Source: the human T2T-CHM13v2.0 reference genome, Homo sapiens. From it: a DNA stretch of 64,000 nt. The position numbers and the translations under genes were made by a program. The notes below the pieces were generated by a model. The model did not search any database. It worked only from the letters and a program-made list of their open reading frames with translations, and was not told where the DNA came from. The stretch lies in NCBI RefSeq assembly GCF_009914755.1, contig NC_060929.1, one strand, 5' to 3'. Shown here piece after piece: positions 37,205 through 50,468 of this stretch; the first letter of the stretch is position 1, and each line of letters opens with the position of its first letter.

Positions 37205-37495
37205 GGCTGGAGATGGTGGCTCACACCTGTAATCCCTGTACTTTGGGAGGCTGAGGCAGGAGGATTATTGGAGCCCAGGAGTTTGGGACTATCCTGGGTC
37301 AACATGGCAAAACCCCATCTCTACAAAAAAAATACAAAAATTAGCCAGGTGTGGTGGTGGGCACCCATAGCCCCAGCTACTTGAGAGGCTGAAGTGGGCT
37401 ATGTTTGACCCTAGGAGGTTGAGGCTGTCGAGGCCTCAATGGCACTGGCACTCCAGCTTGGCCTACAGAGCGAGACGCTGTCTTAAAAAAAAAAG
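37205..37495 (+). mobile_element. AluJ
   Basis: ggaggattattggagcccaggagtttg (J diagnostic); diverged dimer. Confidence 0.9.
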
Positions 37496-38039
37496 AGGAA
37501 GACAATATGCTTTTACATAAACCTTTATTTGCATTTCTGCTTATTTTCTTAGGATTGATTTCTAGATGTAGAATTTCTGAGTCAAAGTGTGATAAACCTT
37601 TTAAATGTTCTTTGCCACCTAGCCAATAATATTTCAGGAAAGCCCAATGAACTTTGTTCTTAAAATTAATATATGAGAATGCCTACTTCATGGGAAATGA
37701 AAACATTTTGAAAATATTGTATAATTAACAAAATCTTTATTTTTTAAAATTACAAAGCAACACCTATCACCTCTCTGCTGTCAAAATTCAATCTTAATAG
37801 AAATGCATGATTATTTCTTTAGATGTTGGGATGAAAGCTGGATTATGTTTTGGGACTTGCCCTCTACTTTGCAGGTTTTACAGGCAGTGGTAGATGCTGT
37901 TGAGTCAGGATCTGAGGACAGTCAGTGACAGTAGTAGGATTTTTCAGTGTGTCTTTTTCAGCAGCAGTCAATTGGTAGGTCTTCTCCCGTCCTCCCTTCT
38001 TGGTGGTCATTAGCACTGTTCTTCAAATCTTTCTGGATC

Positions 38040-38445
38040 TTTGACTTTCAGGCACAGAGTAGGATTTCACTTCCTGGCCCCCTTGTCATTGGGTGACTGG
38101 TGGCTGGGCCATGTGACCAGTTCTGGGCAATAAGATATGAGTGGAGATGCTGTGTGTCACCATTAGATCAAACATTTAATTGCTGGTTCAAGGCTGTGCA
38201 GAGCTTTCTTTCCCTCCCCTATATGCCCAGCAATGTAGGAATTGGTGGCCACTTCCTCAGCCTGAGTTTTGGAGTAAGGAGTAAGGAGTGGTCCCACCCT
38301 CCATCTCCCCCCGACCCCCCCACCCTGCACTGACCTGAGATGGACATGTAGTAGAGTGAGAAAGATGCCTTTTTTTTTTGTTTGTTTGTTTGCCATTGAG
38401 ATTTTGGGGAATGGTTATTACCCCAGTACAAGCCAACCTGTTCTG
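38040..38445 (+). mobile_element. MLT1-family LTR
   Basis: ggccatgtgaccagttctgggcaataagatatgagtggaga...gccattgagattttgggga. Confidence 0.7.
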
Positions 38446-38903
38446 ACTGTTATTCCTTCTCCTGTTTCCCTTCCTTCCAACATGTATGGCTAACACACCC
38501 CTATCTATCCTATAGTCATAAAGCCTTTGCCATGAGCCTGATGGTTGAGAGTCAACAGAAATAGACTTGAAGCTCATATGTTACATAGCTGATATAAAAT
38601 GCTTATTATCTACAGTTACCACTTAATTTTATAAACTACATATGACATTAAACAAAAAAGAAGTACTTTTGTTTATTCAGAAAGGTACAAAAGCAATTAG
38701 ACTGTTGGTTGCAGGACAGGAAGGCAGGGTGCAGGGAGTAGGTGATGCTGGCCAGCTCACAGAGAAACCAATGTCTCACCAGGCTGGGCTGTAGCTGCTC
38801 TAGCCTGTAGCTTCAAGCTTCCCAAAGTAGTACAAAAAGGCTTAGGCCTTTATAACTTGAAAACCATTGAAAGAGTTTTCCTCCATGTGCACAGATAGGC
38901 AGG

Positions 38904-38952
38904 GTGTGTGTGTGTCTCTGTGTGTGTGGGTGTGAGAGAGAGAGAGAGAGAA

Positions 38953-38982
<30 letters not shown>
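38904..38982. repeat. Compound (TG)n-(GA)n microsatellite
   Basis: Direct reading. Confidence 0.9.
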
Positions 38983-38983
<1 letters not shown>

Positions 38984-39777
38984 TTGTGAAGAAACTATTT
39001 GCCAGTGGAAAATTATGCCCCCTTTTAAACAAGCTGAAAATATCTTGATATAAGGCAGTGTGGTCTTGCTCCCATGTTTACAGAGGAATCCTTTCATGCA
39101 GCCATGATGTATGGAGGATTTAAACCATCGAGATCCTTTATGCTAACAGACCATTTGTCTTGGATTTTCCAGGTTTCCAGATTGTCTTCAAGGAGTACAT
39201 CATTGACTCTGAAATTAGCTGTTGTGTGGACAGATATATTACAAGTCTCTAAATTATCATGTTGCAGGAACTTGTCATTCTAACACTTTAATGGAGTCTA
39301 GCTCTGTGTCAGCCCTCCCTCTGTCCTGAGACTTTGTCACATGGTTAATTCAGATGTCAGTGTCTCTGCCCCACTTCCTTGCTTTTCATTAGGATCAACA
39401 TTTCCAACTCCTGTTTTCTAGTTATCTTTCTTTTTGTTTCTGTGATATTTTCAAACCTGGGATTTTCCCTTAAGGGAAAAGTGGGTCTTTTGCTTGGGAA
39501 GCATGCTTGTCTTCCCCAGTTGCACTCCAGGGCCCTTTATTAGTGCACTTTTAGACTTTTGGGGAACTAAAACCTTTTGGTTGCTGAATTGTGTGTGTCC
39601 CCTACCATCACAGAAAAGAAAGAATGTGTGTTCTTTCTCTTTTAAAGTCAGTTAAAGTCTTGTCTAGAGAATGCTTGAGGACTTCCCTGAAGGATGCCTC
39701 AGGATGGCACTAACTCACCAGATGTAGGCACGCTGGGATGAACATCTTTCTCCTTCCGGAAGGCTTTCCTTCTAGTC

Positions 39778-39925
39778 CAGTGGCTCTAGTAGTTTATCAT
39801 CTGCATCAGAATCACCAGGGTGGTTGTTATTGTGCAGATTCTTGGGTTATATCCTAGACCCACTGAGTGTGAGCCTTTTAGGGCTGGGACCCAGGAATCA
39901 GCATTGTAACAGGCAACCCAGGTTT
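39778..39925. mobile_element. MER5A-like MITE
   Basis: gcatcagaatcaccagggtggttgtt...gcagattcttggg...ggacccaggaatcagcattgtaacagg. Confidence 0.65.
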
Positions 39926-40432
39926 TGGAGCCCTGCCTCCTGGCAGATCTCTCACTGTCTGCAGAGCATCTCCTAAATAAGCATCTCACTTCACCTACAA
40001 CAAAGCCACTGACTCCACTGTCTCCACAAGGCCTGGAGGGAAGGAAGATGGCTCCCTGTCTCTTCTTCCAAAACTTTCCTTTGGAGCTGGGCCTGGTGTC
40101 CTCGAATGAGAGGGACTTGCAGGAAAGCCAGTGAACAAGACTTAGGAAATGCACAAGGAATGAAACATGGAGATATCAGAGCCTCTTCTGGCCAGGGATG
40201 GTGGAACACCATGTAGTTTTTTCTACAAGCACCACGTAGTTTTTTCACGCATTAGTCCTCAAATATTTATTATGTGCTTACCATGTGCCAGGCACCACTC
40301 TAGGCGCATTCTGTCCAACCTTGCATTTCCCATCGTTTTGTCAGATAGGAGAAATGAAGCTGAAATTTAAGTCCCAAATTATCACCAAATAGGCAGGACC
40401 AGCAAAATAATTAGGAGACAAATTTCTGCCTT

Positions 40433-40436
<4 letters not shown>

Positions 40437-40472
<36 letters not shown>
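40437..40472. repeat. (TG)n microsatellite, about 18 units
   Basis: Direct reading. Confidence 0.95.
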
Positions 40473-40474
<2 letters not shown>

Positions 40475-42629
40475 GTATGTGTGCCTCTGTGTGCTTTTGT
40501 GTCACACATACTCATGTGGGTTAGATTTTACTAAATAGCTTGTGTTTTCCAAGCATATGTATATACTTTATTCATTTTATTACTTCATATGAGCATTTGT
40601 TTATTCATTTAGTAAATAGCCATTCATTCATTCATTCATCTAATATCTATAGTAGGTCTTCTGTGTGCCAGTCTAATTAGTAGGTACTAGGGATACAATG
40701 ATGAGCCAGACCAAGTTCTTGCCCTCATGGAGCTTTTATGTCAGAGTAGACGATGCTCTTGTATGCCTTATTGAATACCTAGATTTCCTTTTCTGTAGGG
40801 ATCATCGTTTCAACAGATTGCCAAGTAGAGCCCAGGAGCCCTGCCCCGTGCTTTCCTCCTTCCTGGTTTCACAATGTCCTTTTCAGCAAAGATGCCTTTC
40901 CAGACATTTCTTTACATGTCTGAAATATTTATATACAAAACTGGGGAAGATGAATTAAAAGTGTGAACTCTACATGGCACTGAAGTCTAAAGAGGAAGTG
41001 AAGCTGTTCAGCTGTGGGTTTTGACTGGTTATCACTGGGAAACCCCTTTCAAGCAAAACCTTCATGGGGCAACACACTTCAAAGAGGTTCCCGGTCATGC
41101 TGTGTTTAAAACTTGTTAATTGGACCTAATTGCGAACAGCTGCTCAGTTTAGCCACTGTTTGGGTTGGCATTCACCTACGATAGATCTAGGTCATCTTTT
41201 TGTTACATTATATTCATATTGGTATCGTAATATATTTGTTATAATCTTAGAATTTGTCACCATCCAAAGGATTGTGAGATAATAAATAAAAACACGGAGA
41301 CAACATGTTTGTCAAGCCCTGAGGTCACAGCCAAGTACAAAAGCACTTGGGAGCAGATGCCTATTTGATACACTGTGTGTAGTCATGGCACTTCACTCAC
41401 ACACATGGGAAGATTTCCAACAACAACAACAAATCCGTGGTGTTTACTGGAAGCACTGAATGATCTTTTATTGTCCATTTCTTGTTCATTTAACTATTGC
41501 CTTTTAGTGCCATACATCGCAGGAACAAGGGGGACACTAATAAATAGTAGTTTATTAGGTGAAATTGCTATTGGATCTAGTCTGATATAATATTCATGTT
41601 TCCTAAGAATCACTTGGGGGAACAACTTATTGGTTAAATGTGAAGGGGTGATTTGGAAAATATTTAACAAGTGATAAGGCACGAGCACTGAGCAATTAGA
41701 AGGAATACTGGCTGTAGTAACTGGCATGGCCATACTCAGGCATACTTGTTGTGTAGCAACCAAAGTGTCTATTATCAAGCAAGTTATCACTAAGGGTAAC
41801 TAGAACATGATCCTGCTGGGATTCAGTGTAGAACATGCCCCTCATAGTTATCTTACTCTAGGAGTAAGAGAGCCAGGGTTTTCTACCAGCTCCTGCCCAT
41901 CATTGGTTGAAGGCAGTCCTGCCATGCAAGTGGCTTAGTGGGCTCTGGAGGTCTGAGGATGCCTTTATGCAAAGAAATGCTGGTTTGGCAACTGGAAGTC
42001 AGACTACTGAGTACTGAAGTGATGAGTGCCTAGGGGTATGGGTGGGCACCAGCAGCACCTGCTATGGTGGTAGGGGGGCATTTGAGGATGTTGGTGGGGC
42101 TGATCATGAAATATTTCTCTCTCTGCATTAGCCATGTCAGTAGAAATAGCCTCCTTGAGGTTATTTGAAACAAATTGATACTCACATTACATCTTATAAA
42201 TTAAATGGGATTGAGGGAGTGGAGCATTTAATGAAAATGGTGATGGTCTTGAGAACAGTGTAAGCAGTTAATACTAATTTGTTCTCCTATGTGATAAGCG
42301 TGGCTTCTCCTTTTTCCAGATGAGGACATTGAGGATCAGAGATGTTGAAAAACTTGCCCAAGGATGCACAAGTGGAATGGTAAAGACAGGATTTGAATTC
42401 TGACCTCTCTGACTCCGTGTCACAAACTCCTGAAAGTGTGAAAGGTTTAACACAAATTCCTTCCCCGCTCTTTCTCTCTCTCCCTCCCCCCTCCAACTTT
42501 TCCCTTTCAACAAATATTTGAAAACTTACTATGTACTGGGCACTATTTTAAGCACCACATAGCAAAGAAACAATTTTGGTCCTTTTTGATCCTGATGATC
42601 CCCCATCCCTCCCTTAAATGTTTTTCCTT

Positions 42630-43240
42630 CCCCAGGTCCTTCCCTAACTTTTGTGGGGCCCTGCAAGTGTAAAAACAGAGGCTCATATACCATACCTAAA
42701 TATTTAAAAGTGATAAATCAAGCTGGCAAAGTGTTAAATAAAAGATGCTCCATCCTCCTGCCTTGATAAAGACACTTGTGCACAAGGGCTGCTGTGCACT
42801 GAGCATCTGTGGGTTTTGGAGCACCATGGAGGAATGTGGTGGCTCAGAGGGTGTGGACATTTAGCCCATGGCCTGTGGCCTGTCCCTCATTTCTTCCCAC
42901 CCTGGCAGTCCACATAAGGGGGTGGTACACATATGTGTGTGGACATCCTAGCCTACACATCCAAGCTGTATCCCACAAACAGCACCTCATGGCTTAGGGG
43001 TGTGTGCACTGGCGGTGTGACCTGCCGTGGAGAGAAAAGGCCTGGGGAAAGCTCTGGAAGTGGACTTAAGACCACTTGGACAGGGGATTCAAGGTCTCTC
43101 GTAGCCAAGACATAGTCTGAAAGAGGAGAGGCAGGCTGCAGCCTCCAGGTGGGTACATCTCTGTGCCCCTCAACTCTTCACTCCATAGGAAAGGGCACAA
43201 CCAGAGGAGTACTGTGGGTGCCCCTTTCCTGGGCCTAAGA
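42630..43240. mobile_element. Probable old hAT-Tip100 family DNA transposon remnant
   Basis: ttttgtggggccctg...taaatatttaaaagtgataaatcaagct... resembles Zaphod/MER115-type sequence; family uncertain. Confidence 0.35.
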
Positions 43241-44034
43241 GTAACAGCGCTCCTCCCCGTTCTATTTTGTCTTCCAAATCCCACGTTCACATGTGGATAT
43301 TTTTTGAGATTTGGCCATCTGAGGATTTTTATAAAGGAAAATGTGGAATTCAAACACTCTACTTGTTTAACAGAGAGCAGGTCCATTGAGGTGGGCAGAT
43401 GTTAGATGTTACTGGAAGTGGAGGAATGGGATTTTGGAGAGACCCGCTGGCCTCTCTGGAGCTACATGGACTTCCCTGCATTCAGCAGCCCTAGTCTACA
43501 GAGGGAGAAGCTAGGCTACCCCGGCCTTCTGTCTTGAGACCTTGATGGGTTCATCCCAAACCTCGGGAAGTGGATGCAGTTTAGCAGGATCAGCTCTGCG
43601 CCCTGTTCACTTCTCCAGCCATGAGGACTGCAGCTCTGGATAGACTCCTAAAGCACACACGAAAGCAGTGCTTCCTTTACTGGGCCAGATTCTCCCCGGG
43701 GGAGCAGACAGAAGCCCTCTAACCTGAGCAGTATGTGCTCATGCCAGTGTGCATTTTCCTGTCTCCCCTGGGGAAGGTTTAAATCCTTTATTTATTAAGA
43801 ATTTAATTTCTTTATTTATTGGTTTAAATTCTTTATTTATTAAGCCTGCACAATGTGATAGAACACTATAGCAGACAGTCCTCGATGTTTAATTCTTAAG
43901 AAAATAGGAAACTATGTATACATTTCCCTCCATTTAAATTCTATTCACTTCTCTCTTTGTGTTAGGGGAGGTACTGAGGAACGCTGTTTTCATTTGCTTT
44001 TACTTTTAATATGGTGTTACTCAGAACCAGTAGG

Positions 44035-44080
44035 GTATATCTATTAATATATCTGTATCTATATCTATATCACCTATATC

Positions 44081-44130
<50 letters not shown>

Positions 44131-44172
44131 CATCTATCTACCTACCTATTATCTACCCATCTATATTATCTA

Positions 44173-44241
<69 letters not shown>

Positions 44242-44260
44242 ATCTGTCTATAGATAGATA
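44035..44260. repeat. Compound (TATC)n-(TGTC)n-(TATC)n tetranucleotide array
   Basis: Direct reading; GATA/GACA type. Confidence 0.95.
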
Positions 44261-44271
44261 CATGAGAGGGG

Positions 44272-44583
44272 ATTTTTTTAAGGTTTTAATTTTGATACAG
44301 GATCTCCCTCTGTCACCCAGGCTGGAGTACAGTGGCACAATCATAGCTCACTGCAAGCCTCAAACTCCTGGGCTCAAACGATCCTCCAGCCTCAGCCTCC
44401 TGAGTAGTTGGAACTATAGATACACACCACTGTGACTGGCTAATTTGTTTAATTTTTATTTTGTAGAGATGGGTGGAGTCTTGCTATACCTCCCAGGCTG
44501 ATATCAAACTGCTGGCCTCAAGCGATCTTTCTGCATCAGCCTCTCAAAGTGTTGGGATTACAGGCGTGAGCCACCGCAACCAG
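44272..44583 (-). mobile_element. AluJ
   Basis: cacaatcatagctcactgcaagcctcaaactcctgggctcaaacgatcctcc (J diagnostics). Confidence 0.9.
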
Positions 44584-44879
44584 CTGGAAGCTGGATTTTT
44601 AATGTTTCAAAGTAGAGCAAGTGGGGTCGCCCATTAGGGAACACATCCCAACACCTTTTCTCCTCTGGGTGGCTCCCATGTTCATATCTCACAAGGTGCT
44701 CTGTGCTTCAGGATGTCTCTGCAGTTGCTCTTCAGCCTCCTCTCACTACACGGGCCAAGGGCACTGTTTGATGTTTGCAGCGTGTCCTCTTGCCTCCCTT
44801 CAACCCTTCAACTTATCTCTTTCCATTTGCATTATCCCTGGCCAGATATATGCTGGGGGTCACTCATACGGACTCACAA

Positions 44880-45282
44880 AGGCCAATGTTAAAGTTTCAG
44901 GAATGTTGTGAACCACTTATTAAATACAGCCATTATAAAAGTGAAATGGCCTAAACTTACATTTAAATATATTTCATTAAAAACAAAGGTAGTAATAATA
45001 ATAATAAAAATTCATTACTTACAAATTATTTTACTATATGTTACTATTATCTATGCTGTTGGGGTTATTTCAGTCTATTTTAACTGCAGGGTGGAAATAT
45101 TGTATAACAGTGTGCTCTGCTATGCCCTTTTCCCAACTGTGTGTTTCAAAATGATGTCTCGTTGGAGCTTGAAATCAGCCATGGTTGTAGTATTTATTTC
45201 ATGTAAATTGGTAAACATTATGAATCAGGAGTCCCTCCCTTATCCAGAGAGCCTGTTGTTAACATTTACCAGCACACCATGA
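44880..45282 (-). mobile_element. MER63-like (hAT-Blackjack) element
   Basis: Ends in gttgttaacatttaccagcacaccat; internal gcttgaaatcagccatggt...gtatttat. Related in inverted orientation to 49540-49746. Confidence 0.6.
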
Positions 45283-45306
45283 TCTGTAGCTCTCAAATCC
45301 TTAGAT

Positions 45307-45510
45307 CAGAGTTTCTCAGTTCTAGCACTATTGACATTTTAGGCCAAATAATTCTTTGTTTTTTTGGGGGTGTCACTTGCATTGTAGAATGTTGAGCAGC
45401 ATTTCTGGATGCCAGTAGCTTCCCCTCCCCAGTTGTGACAACCAAAAATGTCTCCAGATGTTGCCGAATGTTTTCTGGGGGATAAAGTTATCTCCACTTA
45501 AGAACCACTG
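45307..45510 (+). mobile_element. MER20
   Basis: cagagtttctca...gcactattgacattttaggcc...gttgtgacaaccaaaaatgtctccagatgttgcc...agaaccactg. Confidence 0.9.
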
Positions 45511-47009
45511 GCCTAGACAACATTATCCTTTAATGTAAGTGACTTGCTATTCTTCCCTTTTAAACTTTAACATGCATCTGACAAATATTCAGTGCCCATT
45601 ATGCATGTAAATACAATGATGAACAAGATAAGCATTGTCCCTGTCTTCATAGAACTCCAGTCTAAAATCATGGACTAAGCTGGAAATATACTGAGTATCC
45701 ACTAGGACTAGAACATGCTATCTGCATGCTAATGTGCTCAGTAGGTGATCTTGATCTTTATTAATTCCATTAACACTAATTGCAACATTGTATAATGTTT
45801 GCATTTCCCCTTCAGGTGACTGTTGTCTCTTGGGCACAGGTAGCTGCCAACAGGTGAGCCTCTCAGCGGATCCCTGATAGAGGTAGGATGGCAAATAGCT
45901 TCTTTAATATGACAGCCTCAGTGTAGTGGCTGGCAAGGAGCTGCGATTGGGAGGAACTGGAAGTGACACCCAAGCTCATTGAGCAAGCATGCTGTGAGTG
46001 CCATGAGTAAGTAGTCCCAGCTGATGAGCTTATCAGGGGGTTGCCAGCGGGGGTACTGCCCAGGGTGGAGATGGAATGGGAGACATAGCCATACCTCAGA
46101 AGGATATGCAGCTCCTACGAGGACCTAAGTGGAGCTGGGTCAGCATGGCCCCAGTAAGCACACAGCAGGCAGATCAGCCACAGACTTCAGCATCAAGGCC
46201 TTCCAGGGTGGGAACTAGATGAACTGGAGGACAGGCCAGGAACCTGCACATATGAATCATGTGGGCCAAGGACCTTCCTCCCCTTTCCTACCACCATGAA
46301 GCAGACCCTTCCCCCAGGAGTCATCTTGGAGAAAAATGGGAAAGTGGAGCAGTGGTAGGGGGCAGGGGGTGCTGCAATACCAAAATATCCAGAAGGCATT
46401 TAAAATTATTGGACTAGATGACATTTAATTCTCCTTCTTTACTCAGTAAAGTGAAGAGCTCAGGAGAAAGATTGGATCAATTATAGAAAATAATGAAGGT
46501 ACATTTTCTTTGCATAACTAAATGTAGGGTAAGTACATTTTGAATTTGCTAAAATTGTCTTTGCTCTGCCTCTGCACACGTGTGCACACGTGCACACACA
46601 CAAATGGCACTTCTGGGAGTTTTTCCTTGCTACCACCTCCTCTCAATAATCAATGCTCACGAAAGCATTTGTGAGAAATGTGGAGTTTACTGTGGAGATT
46701 CAAAGGGAAGATGATGGAGGTTTCACTGTAACCCCCACAACAGATTCATATTCCACTTTGATACTGTGTTCATCATTTCCAATATATACCTTTTTCCTAG
46801 TTGAGTATTTGAAATCTTGGAAACCAGACTCTGTCTTGCTGTGTTGGTGTGTCATAGTATAATTGGCAGCATGTTTCCTTTGGTAGCAATACATAAGACA
46901 ATGGTGTGTCTTATGTTGATGTCTTCTTATATTTGATAAAATCTTTTAAGTCTACTGCTTTGCAGTCCTTCCTCAACTGCAAGCAGAGGCTTCCCCACTG
47001 AGGCCATTG

Positions 47010-47220
47010 AGTAAAGTGGTTCAAAGTACAGTCTGGAGTCAGACCATCACTTACTATCTCCACCATTCACAAGCCAGGTAACCTTGGGCAAGTTACTGAA
47101 GGGTTCAGGGGCTTTGTTTCCCTACCTGTGCAATGGGGATAATATTATTAACTACTTCATCGGATTGTAGTAAGAATTAAATGAGTTGATATATATAGAG
47201 AAATTGGAACAGTGTCAGGT
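47010..47220 (+). mobile_element. MIR
   Basis: accttgggcaagttact...gtttccctacctgtgcaatggggataata...gaattaaatgagttgat. Confidence 0.75.
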
Positions 47221-47953
47221 GGTGGTGACTTCTAGAAAAGTAGTTGTTCTTATACGTATTACCTCTTTAGTCCCCTCCCACATAGGCCCTGCCTCCTGTT
47301 ACCTATTGCTTTTTCTTTCCTCCCTTATTTTATAAATAATACTTCAGTGACCGCTGTTTGCTATTTGAACACAACCTTGAGATCTCTCCTCTCCTTCCCA
47401 AATGGCTTACCTAAGTATTTACTCCAAACAAATATGTTGTCTTTTAGAGATACTCTGATAAGTAAAGATTGCTGTATGTAGTAACATATTTTTATCATTA
47501 TTTCTGATGCATCTATGGTAGATGCAAGAGATAGTAAGATATGAGCTTGACTGGAGCTGAGCTAGCTTGTTGGGGAGCATTAGGAAATAGGATGGAAAAA
47601 AGATAGGTTGGAGACAGATGGCACTTGAAGAATCTCCCCTTTGAAATCTTTGGTAAAGTCTACAATATGATACCTCTCCATACATCTCTAAGGAGGCTTT
47701 GTATTTTGATGACAGCCTTGAATGCTAGGGACACCCAGCCACACGGGCTAACTCATACAGGGCAGAGAGGACTTTCACCCTCTTTAATTCACCGTGTATG
47801 AGTGGCAATGTTTCTTCCCAAATATATGGCTGGCCCTAGGAGACAAGTCAGGGCATGTGAGCTGTGGATGTGAACTGAGAGAACAGTTGGGGCTTAGGTG
47901 AAAAGTGGAGATTCAGGAACTCTTCAGATATAGTGGCCTTAGGGAAAGATAGA

Positions 47954-48374
47954 TGTATTAGGCCATTCTTACATTGCTATAAAGAAATACCTGAGACTGG
48001 GTAATTTATAAAGAAAAGAGGTTATATTGGCTCATAGTTCTGCAGGCTATACAGGAGGCATAGTGCTGGCATCTGCTCAGCTTCTGGTGAAACCTCAGGT
48101 AGCTTTTAATCGTGGCAGAACGGGAAGCGGGAACAGGCATGCCACAAGTTGAAAGCAGGAGCAAGCGAGAGAGATTGGGGATGGTGGTGGGGGGTGTTAC
48201 AGACTTTTAAATGAGCAGGTCTCATAACAACTCACTCACTATTGTGAAGATGGCACCAAGCCATGAGGGATCTGCCCCCATGATCCAAACACCTCCCACC
48301 AGGCCCCTCCTCCAGCATTAGGGATTACGATTCAACATGAGATCTGGGTGGGGACAAATATCCAAACTATATTA
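47954..48374 (-). mobile_element. MSTA/MSTB (MaLR) solo LTR
   Basis: tgtattaggccattcttacattgctataaagaaatacctgagactgggtaatttataaagaaaagagg...atccaaactatatta. Confidence 0.9.
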
Positions 48375-49539
48375 CTAGGCAGTAACAAAGAGACACCCGG
48401 CCCTTCTGGGTTCAAGGTGTGCCACAGGCCTGCATGTCCTCCTAAGCTTTTCTTAGGTGGTGCCAGAGTTTGAATGGCTGCAGTCCTGGCATATTCCTCA
48501 GTGAGGCTGGAAAAAATAATCCACTCCTGCAAATGGAAAATTTCTTCTGTGTAGGGTGAGCACTTCCAGCTCCAGAAATGAAACATGCTAAAGGCAGCGT
48601 GTGACTTGGCATGGGGTGACCAGTAACCCAACTGATCGGTCCTCTAACCTGTTAGTTCATTTTGCTGGTGATCTTGTCCATAAGGGCAAACAACTTTCTA
48701 GCTGGTCACCTTTGGAACAAAGTAAGAGTTTTTGAAAGAGGATTTAAAAAAATTCTTTTTTGGTTTGTTTTGGGTTTAATGAGTCAATGCTTTATTTTAC
48801 TATGAGTGTTTATAACCAGACCTAAATGTATGTAGGATCTTGAACCTCCCCCACAACTATTTCCTATTTGTTCCCAGAAAAATTCCAATGCCAGATTTTG
48901 CCATAGCAACCAGAGGCAAATATCAAGACAGCAATAAAGAGCAAGCTGGAAAAGGGTTTCCCTACAATGTGGCTTGAGTTTCTGTAGGGCATTCCATCCT
49001 CCGTGTGGAGCTCTGGAAGGCAAGAGGGGGCCCTGCGGTTCCTCGTGGGGGGGTCTGGTAGAGTCCAGATTTGCCAGCATCCAGGACCCACTAGGAAATG
49101 TGTCTGTCAGGCAGCTGGGCTGGAGCGGAAGGATCAGCTTGCCTGCTCCTCGGGCTTGGCACCTGTTGTGTGTTGATCTTTATTTTTGTACGTCAATTTT
49201 TCAAAATTAAAGGTATTGAATTATTATTTTTCCATTATGCTTTTCCTCTGAGCAGTTTAGTAAACAAGCCTGTTCTGTATTTCCTAATTGTCCCCTCAAG
49301 TGCTCTTTGGAAGAAGGCAGTGCATATTTAAAAGTAAGCAAATGAAACCAAAGAACAGGAGATTCTTCCAATATCTGCCCACGATGTCCCTCATTCTGTG
49401 TCCTTCCTTTTTGTCATGGTTGTTAGGTAATGTTAGGAAGTCCCACTTCTTTCCCATAGGTAAAGTCATCTCACTACAGTATAGCCTTCTTGCTGAAAGA
49501 ACTTTGGGCTTCCGAGTTACTTCAGGTGCTGGTTTGGAT

Positions 49540-49746
49540 TAGCGGTGTGTTGATAAATGTTTAACAACTCGCTCGCAGACATAAAATTGCCTTGATTTGT
49601 AGAGCTGATTTGCTGATTTCTGTGGTGTAAATCCTCCCACCATGGCAGATTTCATCTTACCAGAGTGACCTCATGAACATGGAACTGGAAAGAGATGCAC
49701 ACATTTAACTCTCATGCACTGGTAAGAGCTGGCTGCCCCACACTGC
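49540..49746 (+). mobile_element. MER63A-like MITE
   Basis: ggtgtgttgataaatgtttaacaac...tggtgtaaatcctcccaccatggcagatttca...cacactg. Confidence 0.6.
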
Positions 49747-49764
49747 TGGTTCTACCGATCTAGG

Positions 49765-49972
49765 CCTGGGTTTCTCAACCTCAGCACTATTGACATTTTG
49801 GGCAGAATGGCTGTTGGTTATTGGTGGCTGTCCTGTGCATTGTAGGATGTTTAGCAGCACCTGTGGTTTCTACTCACTAGATGCCAGGAGCAACCCTTCC
49901 CCACTAAGTTGCAACAACCAAAAATGTCTCCAGATTTTGCCAGATGTCTCCTGAGGGGCAAAATCTCCCTTA
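49765..49972 (+). mobile_element. MER20
   Basis: tttctcaacctcagcactattgacattttggg...acaaccaaaaatgtctccagattttgccagatgtctcctgaggggcaaaatc. Confidence 0.9.
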
Positions 49973-50104
49973 GTTCTGGGCTATTCTGCACTGATAGTGC
50001 TTAGAAGGTCCATTCAGCAGGCAGTAGGCCTGCACTGTTAGCTTTTCCATGAACCACTCTGAATATGCACCCAAAGAAGTTCTCTCTTGGCATTTTGGAT
50101 GTGG

Positions 50105-50468
50105 TGCATTAGTCTGTTCTCATGCTGCTAATAAAGGCATACCCGAGACTGGGTAATTTATAAAGGAAAGAGGTTTAATGGACTCACAGTTCCAGATGGC
50201 TGGGGAGGTCTCATGATCATGGCAGAATATGAAGGAAGAGCAAAGAGATGTTTTACATGGCAGCAGGCAACAGAGCCTGTGCAGGAGAACTCCCCTTTAT
50301 AAAATCATCAGATCTCATGAGACTTATTCACTATCATGAGAGCAACATGGGAAAGTCCTGCCCCCATGATTCAGTCACCTCCCACCGGGTCCCTCCCACG
50401 ACATGTAGGAATTATGGGAGCTACAATTCAAGATGAGATTTGGGTGGGGATACAGCCAAACCATAACA
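50105..50468 (-). mobile_element. THE1 (THE1C-like) solo LTR
   Basis: TG...CA termini and a perfect 5-bp TSD TGTGG (50100-50104, 50469-50473). gctgctaataaaggcatacccgagactgggtaatttataaaggaaagagg. Confidence 0.92.

Noticed and set aside
46573-46602. 14-bp palindrome TGCACACGTGTGCA with two CACGTG E-boxes
   Set aside because: Typical by-product of a degenerate (CA)n/(TG)n microsatellite.
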